This document shows, one piece after another, positions 58,300-64,000 of a stretch of DNA of 64,000 bases. Within the stretch, counting starts at the first letter, position 1, and each line of letters begins with the position of its first letter. The stretch is from the NCBI GenBank assembly GCA_965223845.1, contig CBDCXR010000004.1, forward strand, positions 864,001 through 928,000. The letters run 5' to 3'. The translations under genes and the position numbers were made by a program. Under the pieces are notes generated by a model. It did no database searches, had not been told where the DNA came from, and was given only the letters and a program-made list of their open reading frames with translations. This DNA is from Planctomycetota bacterium (lineage in GTDB: Bacteria > Planctomycetota > UBA8108 > SXIK01).

Positions 58300-59766
58300 A
58301 TGACGCACAGAATCGAATCGAGTGGGACGCGCGCACGGCTGCGCGCACTCATTGCAGCGTGTGCGGTGGGGACCGCGCTTGGCTGCGGTGGTCCGGAGAG
58401 AGCGCCGCGCCAACCCATCACGGGCGTGGATCGACCCGCGGAGGAGCGCGCGCCGAATCCGCACGACGAACCGGCCGCGGAGCCGGAAGAAGACGAGGAC
58501 GAGACCGAAGGATCCGAGACGTCCGCGCTTCGACCCGGAGCACCGGGCTCCGCTCCGCCCTCGACGGACACGGTCGTTCGCGGCGATCTGATCGCGGCAT
58601 TCTCAGCGCAAGTTGCGAGCGCGCAGCAGAGCGCGCCGGGTCCGGTTGCAGTGTTTTGGCCTCTCTCGCCGGATCCGCTACGGCCGGGAGTCCGGCACGT
58701 GAACGGACTCGGCGAGCGCGTTGCACGCGAAATCGCGGACGGACTTCGCGCCGAAGGGATTTCCCCGCTCGCGGGCGCGGCGCTCCGAAACGACATTCAA
58801 GCGGCGAATCGATGCCTCCACCATCTGCGCGATGTTGACGACGTGTTCTGGATCGCGCAGCGACTCGGAGTCGAGTACGTCGTCTACGGGACGATCAGCG
58901 TTCGGAACTACAACAAGCTGAGTCGTGATACGCGGATGGAGTTCCGCCTCCACTGTAAGCGACTGAACGACAACATCGACGTCGCGCGACTTCAGCGGAG
59001 CTTCACTTGGGGGGAGCGCCTCCGCGACTACTACCGCGACTACCAGCATCCGTCGGAGATCCGAATCGGGATCGCGGCGGCCCCGTGCACGAACTCCGCG
59101 AGTGCGGAGGCGACGTACTTGATGAGTCTTCTCACTCGGCGAGTGATTTCCCAGTCGGGTCGCGCACTCGCCGGGAAGCGGCTTCTCGTCGAACCGACTG
59201 CGATCCGTAGTGCGAGTCAGACGTCGGCGGAAGTCGCGGCGCAGCTCGCGGCGGTGGGGCGTGCCTACGCCGCCGCACTCCAGCGTGCGGCCGACGCGAA
59301 CGCGAAGGATCCGCGCGGCGAAGCGCTCGGGAGTGGCCCGGTCACGATCCTCGGCACGGAGCACGCGACGCTCGGTAGTGCGGTCGACGCCGCGCAGGCG
59401 GCCGTTCTCCGGAGCGGCGCGACGCCACCCCTCGAGCTCGCGGTCGATCTGTCACGCGCGCTCGGCGAAAGCCTGACTCGTTTCGGTGAGTCGATGGAAG
59501 TCATCACCGAGGATCCGCAGCGGGCCTCGATTTTCGCGCTCTTGCGCTCGGGCGACGACGCGAACGACACCGTGGCGAGTTACGAGACGTCGGTCGCGCG
59601 GGCGCGAGGCGCAGACTTCCTCGTCCGAAGCACCCTCCGTCCCTACCTCGGCACGTATCAACTCCGCCTGATGCTGATCGACAGCCAGAGCGGAAAAGTG
59701 CATTCCGAGGTGATCAGCTTCGACGAGCAATTCAAAGCGGATCTCGACGCCGTTACCGCTGGTTGA
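58300..59766 (+). CDS. Hypothetical lipoprotein, possibly two FlgO/CsgG-like alpha/beta domains
   Basis: GGAGGAG RBS, TALGC lipobox, acidic linker; LGVEYVVYGTI and GADFLVRSTL...LRLMLIDSQSGKV patterns. Confidence 0.65.
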   Translation: MTHRIESSGTRARLRALIAACAVGTALGCGGPERAPRQPITGVDRPAEERAPNPHDEPAAEPEEDEDETEGSETSALRPGAPGSAPPSTDTVVRGDLIAAFSAQVASAQQSAPGPVAVFWPLSPDPLRPGVRHVNGLGERVAREIADGLRAEGISPLAGAALRNDIQAANRCLHHLRDVDDVFWIAQRLGVEYVVYGTISVRNYNKLSRDTRMEFRLHCKRLNDNIDVARLQRSFTWGERLRDYYRDYQHPSEIRIGIAAAPCTNSASAEATYLMSLLTRRVISQSGRALAGKRLLVEPTAIRSASQTSAEVAAQLAAVGRAYAAALQRAADANAKDPRGEALGSGPVTILGTEHATLGSAVDAAQAAVLRSGATPPLELAVDLSRALGESLTRFGESMEVITEDPQRASIFALLRSGDDANDTVASYETSVARARGADFLVRSTLRPYLGTYQLRLMLIDSQSGKVHSEVISFDEQFKADLDAVTAG

Positions 59767-59801
59767 AGCGGTTTCGCGACAACTCTGAAGAGGAAAAATC
59801 A

Positions 59802-60398
59802 ATGAATCGAATCCATCTCTACGCCGCGCTCGGCTGTGCGGTCCTCGCGTTCGGTTGCCGGACTCCGGAAGGTCGCATCATGGGCGACGAGGAAGAAGGC
59901 TACGTCGGGAACCGCGCCGCCGGTTCGTCGACGTACGACCGACTGATCGAGGGAGCCGTCGCGAAGATCCTCGATCGGACGGCAGCGGCACACGCAGGCA
60001 CGGGGGATCTGCGCGTTGCATTCTTGGGCGTCGAGAACAAGTCGCGCGAGGCCCTCGGCGACTTTCACGATCAGATCTACCAGTTCATCGATACCTCGAT
60101 CAACACGTCGGAGCGGTTTCGAACGATCAGCAGTCGCTTCGTCGAAGCGGCGCTGCGCGAGACGCGGATCAAATCCGACCAGCTTTTCATTCCGCAGCAT
60201 CGACGTGCGTTCGCGCAGACGCTCGAGGCGAGCGGTCACCCGGTCGAGGCGCTTCTCTTCGCGACGTTGACGTCCGGGACGACGCGCGGCGAGGGAGTGC
60301 GCCAGGTGGACTACGCACTCACTATGGAGCTCGTCGACATCCAGACGGGCGACAACCAGAAGGAGAGCGTCCGCCTGCGCAAGGCGTACACTCGCTGA
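59802..60398 (+). CDS. LpoB-like lipoprotein (penicillin-binding protein activator family)
   Basis: LAFGC lipobox; VENKSRE, YALTMELVDIQTG. Confidence 0.7.
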   Translation: MNRIHLYAALGCAVLAFGCRTPEGRIMGDEEEGYVGNRAAGSSTYDRLIEGAVAKILDRTAAAHAGTGDLRVAFLGVENKSREALGDFHDQIYQFIDTSINTSERFRTISSRFVEAALRETRIKSDQLFIPQHRRAFAQTLEASGHPVEALLFATLTSGTTRGEGVRQVDYALTMELVDIQTGDNQKESVRLRKAYTR

Positions 60399-60416
60399 TC
60401 GAGGCTCGATCCATCC

Positions 60417-61889
60417 GTGCCCGTTCGAGGGAGCAACGCGACGACCTCCGTCCTCCGCGCGAGTGTGTGCGTGAGCAGTGGGAGAACACGTCTCGACGCG
60501 GTGCGGTCGGGGACGTGTGCCGTGACGCTCGCAGCGGTTCTCGCTCTGAGCGGCTGCGCGACCTACTTCGAGCGAGTCGCGGAGGCGCGCTACGCCTGGC
60601 GTCAAGGGGATTACCGTTTCGCGGATGAGGAGCTCCGGCGAGTCGCCTCGGAGGACGACGACTCCGCGCACCTCTATCGCCTCGAGCGCGCGGTGGTGCA
60701 GCTCTGCCTCGGGCGTCCAGACGTCGCGGAAGAGCTCCTCAGCGAGGGGCTCGCCGGGCTAGACGAGCGGTACTCGAGCTCGTTTGTGGACTCCGTCGGA
60801 GCGATGCTCCTCGACGATCGCTCGCTCGAATACGGGGGCGAGGACTACGAGCATGTGATCGGTCGCGCACTGCTCGCCGTCGCCAACTTGATGGCCGGAG
60901 GACGCGACGTGGCCGCCTACGCGAACGCGGTCATCGAAAAGCAGCTCGAGATCATGGACGCGTATGAGGATCACGAAGGGACGAAACCGAAGCTCGCGTA
61001 CAAGCTCGTTCCGTTCGGAGTCTACCTGCGGGCGATTCTGGCCGAGGAGTCTCCGCTGAAGACCGATGTCGCCCGTCGCGAGTTCGCTCGGTTCGCCGAG
61101 CTCCAGCCCGACTTCCCGTACGCCGAGGCGGACATCGATCGCGTCGAGAATGGGATTCATTCGGCGCCCGGAAACGGCGTGATCCACGTGATCGCTCTCG
61201 TCGGAACTGGCCCCACCAAGGTGGAGACCGAGGAGCCGGTGAGCGGCGCGGCGCTCGCGATCGCGCAGTACATTTGGGCGATCTACCGCCGGCGCGTCGT
61301 TCTTCCGAACATCACGGCGGTGGTCATCCCCACGCTCGCGTTTCACCGCGACAATCCGACTGCCGTTCAAGTGAGCCTGAACGGCGATGACGCCGGCATC
61401 ACGGCCACGGCGACGGACGTCGACGCCATCGCGCGCGAGCAGTTTGTGGTGATGCGCGATGCCGTCATCGCGCGGGCAGTGCTTCGCCGGGCGATCAAGA
61501 TCGCGGCGGTCGAGGGGACGAAGGAAGCGGTCAATCGTGAGCGCGATCCCGTCATCGATCTCTTTCTCTCGATCTTCGGTCTCATCTGGACCGGCGCGGA
61601 GCGCGCCGACACGCGGGGCTGGTCGTTTCTTCCGTCTAAGTTTCAGGTGCTCCGCGTCGAGGCTCCCGCGGGAGATCACGAGCTGAGCTTTCAGCCGCTC
61701 CGCGGGCAGAATCCCGTGGGTCGTGTGCCGTCCGTGCGTGTGCGCGTGCGCGACGGCTTCAACTCCTACGTCGTCGTGCAGGTCCCGTCACAGTGGGGGG
61801 GACCGCAGCCACTCACCTCGGAGCCGGTCGAGGACCCCGGCGTCGAGTCACCATCCGAATCGGTCCCTGCTGCGGAGGTTCAGCCATGA
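60417..61889 (+). CDS. COG3014-family lipoprotein (helical N-terminus, beta C-terminus)
   Basis: ALSGC lipobox; YGGEDYE, G.GP.K and ERADTRGWSFLP motifs; start uncertain. Confidence 0.75.
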   Translation: MPVRGSNATTSVLRASVCVSSGRTRLDAVRSGTCAVTLAAVLALSGCATYFERVAEARYAWRQGDYRFADEELRRVASEDDDSAHLYRLERAVVQLCLGRPDVAEELLSEGLAGLDERYSSSFVDSVGAMLLDDRSLEYGGEDYEHVIGRALLAVANLMAGGRDVAAYANAVIEKQLEIMDAYEDHEGTKPKLAYKLVPFGVYLRAILAEESPLKTDVARREFARFAELQPDFPYAEADIDRVENGIHSAPGNGVIHVIALVGTGPTKVETEEPVSGAALAIAQYIWAIYRRRVVLPNITAVVIPTLAFHRDNPTAVQVSLNGDDAGITATATDVDAIAREQFVVMRDAVIARAVLRRAIKIAAVEGTKEAVNRERDPVIDLFLSIFGLIWTGAERADTRGWSFLPSKFQVLRVEAPAGDHELSFQPLRGQNPVGRVPSVRVRVRDGFNSYVVVQVPSQWGGPQPLTSEPVEDPGVESPSESVPAAEVQP

Positions 61890-62215
61890 ATCGGTCTCTC
61901 GCCCGCTCGCTCGTCTCGACGAGCGCTCTCATCGCCCTCGCTTTCGGCGCGACGGCTTGTGTATCGAACCGCCACCACGGTCAGGACACTCCGCGCGTGA
62001 CGCGTGTCGTAACCGTGCCGGCCGGCGCCACGCTGCGCCACGTCGATCTCAATCGCGAGTGGATTACTCCCTGCGATCTCACGGACGAGTCCTTCGACAT
62101 CGACGAGGAGATCGTCGTCGAGAAAGAAGGATTTCGCACGTGGGCGGGGACTCTCGAGGAACTGCCACAGATCAGTCTCGGGACGTACCAACTAAAGCTC
62201 GTGCCCGTACCGTGA
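61886..62215 (+). CDS. Small lipoprotein, PEGA-like
   Basis: ATAC lipobox; TVPAGA, TPC, VEKEGF; ATGA overlap with the previous gene. Confidence 0.65.
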   Translation: MNRSLARSLVSTSALIALAFGATACVSNRHHGQDTPRVTRVVTVPAGATLRHVDLNREWITPCDLTDESFDIDEEIVVEKEGFRTWAGTLEELPQISLGTYQLKLVPVP

Positions 62216-62409
62216 ACAGCCGGGACGATCTCGAACGGCGTTCACGCACACGACGAGACTGAGTTGAAGATGGGCTTCGTGCCCTTCGTGGTGAAATCCT
62301 CTTCCACGAAGGAAGGACGAGCCATAGATCCACAAATCCGCTACCATGCCCCCCTTTCGCGCTCGGTTCGGCGCGATGCGAGGCCATCGACATCGGGAGA
62401 CCGGGATCC

Positions 62410-63471
62410 ATGAGCTCTGAGCCGCTCGGAATCGCGATCATCGGCTGCGGGATGATCAGCGAGTTTCAATCGAAAGCGATCGAAGCACTGCCGGAAGCGA
62501 AGCTCATCGGCTACTACGACACGGTTTCCGACATGGCCGCGAAGCGCGCCGAACAGTTCGGCGCTCGGGCCTTCGATTCGGTCGCAGCGCTCGCCGAGGA
62601 TCCCGAAGTCGGCGCAGTTTCGATCTGTACCCCGAGCGGCGCCCACCTGGAGCCGGCGCTCACGGTGGCGGGGGCGGGAAAGCACCTCATGATCGAGAAG
62701 CCGCTCGAAATCACGACCGAGCGCATCGATCAAATCATCGCGGCGTGCCAGAAGAGCGGCGTGACGCTCGGCGCGATCTTTCCCCGCCGGTTTCAGGAAC
62801 CGAGCCGCATCCTCAAACGCGCCATCGACGACGGTCGCTTCGGGACGATTTCGCTCGCCGACGTCTACATCAAGTGGTATCGCACGCAGGAATACTACGA
62901 CCGGGGCGGGTGGCGTGGAACGTGGAAGCTCGACGGCGGCGGCGCGCTCATGAACCAGGGAATCCACGGCATCGATCTTCTCCAGTGGCTCATGGGAGGC
63001 GTGGCCGAGGTCGTCGCGCACACCGCTACGCTCTCGCACGAAAACATCGAAGTCGAGGACGTCGCGACGGCGAGCGTTCGTTTTCGCTCAGGTGCTCTAG
63101 GAGTCATCGAAGGGACGACGGGGAGCTGGCCCGGAGCAAAAATCCGTGTCGAGATCGGCGGATCAAAGGGGAGTGCGGTCCTCGAGGACGAAATCATCGT
63201 TCAGTGGACGTTCCAGGACGAGCGACCCGAAGACGAAGAGATCCGGGCCGAGTACGGACCGCGTGAGGGGCTCTCTGGAGGAGGTGCGAGCGACCCGAGC
63301 GCGATCGACTTCGAGGGCCACCGTCGCCAGTTCGAAGACTTCGCACGCGCGATCCGCGACGGCCGCCGCCCGTTCTGCGACGGCGTCGAAGCGCGAGCGG
63401 CGGTCGAGGTGATCACGGGGATCTACCGCTCCGCGAAGGCGAAGCGGTTCGTCGCCATCGGATCGAGCTGA
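62410..63471 (+). CDS. Gfo/Idh/MocA oxidoreductase
   Basis: IIGCG, CTPSGAH, IEKPL, WRGTWKLDGGGALMNQGIH. Confidence 0.92.
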   Translation: MSSEPLGIAIIGCGMISEFQSKAIEALPEAKLIGYYDTVSDMAAKRAEQFGARAFDSVAALAEDPEVGAVSICTPSGAHLEPALTVAGAGKHLMIEKPLEITTERIDQIIAACQKSGVTLGAIFPRRFQEPSRILKRAIDDGRFGTISLADVYIKWYRTQEYYDRGGWRGTWKLDGGGALMNQGIHGIDLLQWLMGGVAEVVAHTATLSHENIEVEDVATASVRFRSGALGVIEGTTGSWPGAKIRVEIGGSKGSAVLEDEIIVQWTFQDERPEDEEIRAEYGPREGLSGGGASDPSAIDFEGHRRQFEDFARAIRDGRRPFCDGVEARAAVEVITGIYRSAKAKRFVAIGSS

Positions 63472-63489
63472 TCGGAGCGACCGCGTTCC

Positions 63490-64000
63490 CTACCGAGCGC
63501 ACGCGCCGAGATCGTCGGTTGTCGGATCGGTGCCGGCGCGAGGAAACGGCGGAGCGGGCGGCGCCCCGCGCGCGAAGGTGTACTCGAGGAGCGCGATCGC
63601 ATCGCGGAGGCGGAGCTCGCCGTCGTCATCGACGTCGCCCGAATCGGGACAGCGGAGTGGTCGACCGGCGAACAACGCACGCAGGATCGCGATCGCGTCG
63701 GAGACAGTGAGTCGAGCGTCGCGGTCGGTATCGCCGCGGACGAACGACTCCGGACCGACGCCGGCTCGGAGAGAGATGGAATCCACCCCGACGACTTCTC
63801 CCCGAGAGTCGAGGGCGGTCGCTCGAATGGCGTGCTCGCCGGGTTCGAGCCGGATCTCTGCGCGCCAGCGAAGTGCGTGCGACGCGCCGAGCGTCACCGA
63901 AGCGGCGATCGGCTCTTCGCCCGAGTGGAGCACCACGGCGTCGACTTCGAGGGGCGCGATCCCGCCGAGGCGAATCGGCTCTCCAGCCTCGAGTTCGTCC
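63490..64000 (-). CDS. C-terminal part of a protein ending in an Ig-like and a dockerin-like domain (start lies outside the window)
   Basis: LEPGEHAIRATALD, then FVRGDTDRDARLTVSDA...GDVDDDGELRLRDA...PPFPRAGTDPTTDDLGAC. Confidence 0.8.
   Translation of the reverse strand, partial: DELEAGEPIRLGGIAPLEVDAVVLHSGEEPIAASVTLGASHALRWRAEIRLEPGEHAIRATALDSRGEVVGVDSISLRAGVGPESFVRGDTDRDARLTVSDAIAILRALFAGRPLRCPDSGDVDDDGELRLRDAIALLEYTFARGAPPAPPFPRAGTDPTTDDLGACAR

Overview
High-GC bacterial chromosomal segment, most likely from a Planctomycetota-like organism (inferred from the dockerin-like C-terminal domains, Cys/Asp-rich FG-GAP surface proteins, a sulfatase and ThuA domains). About 44 genes can be supported. 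I found no rRNA, tRNA, CRISPR array, transposase or prophage. From left to right: (1) a split aminoalcohol kinase / class-III PLP enzyme pair and several hydrolases; (2) a choice-of-anchor I protein carrying a 20-cysteine insert; (3) two tandem paralogous ~1,390-aa FG-GAP/dockerin surface proteins that share a conserved leader; (4) a ThuA-ThuA-MsrA fusion; (5) a minus-strand signalling block (PAS histidine kinase, receiver, TonB-dependent receptor, periplasmic binding protein, hybrid kinase, HD-GYP regulator); (6) facing away from it, a secretion-like operon (GAF-HlyD adaptor, PqqD/RRE-M50 peptidase-HlyD fusion, C-terminally truncated SecA paralog, RND adaptor) with no ABC ATPase or TolC, which is the most interesting system here; (7) cysC-cysD-cysN divergent from metH; (8) RNA-modification, Fe-S and alpha-glucan genes, and a four-lipoprotein LpoB/COG3014 operon. 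All family calls come from motif recognition by eye; no database search was run.
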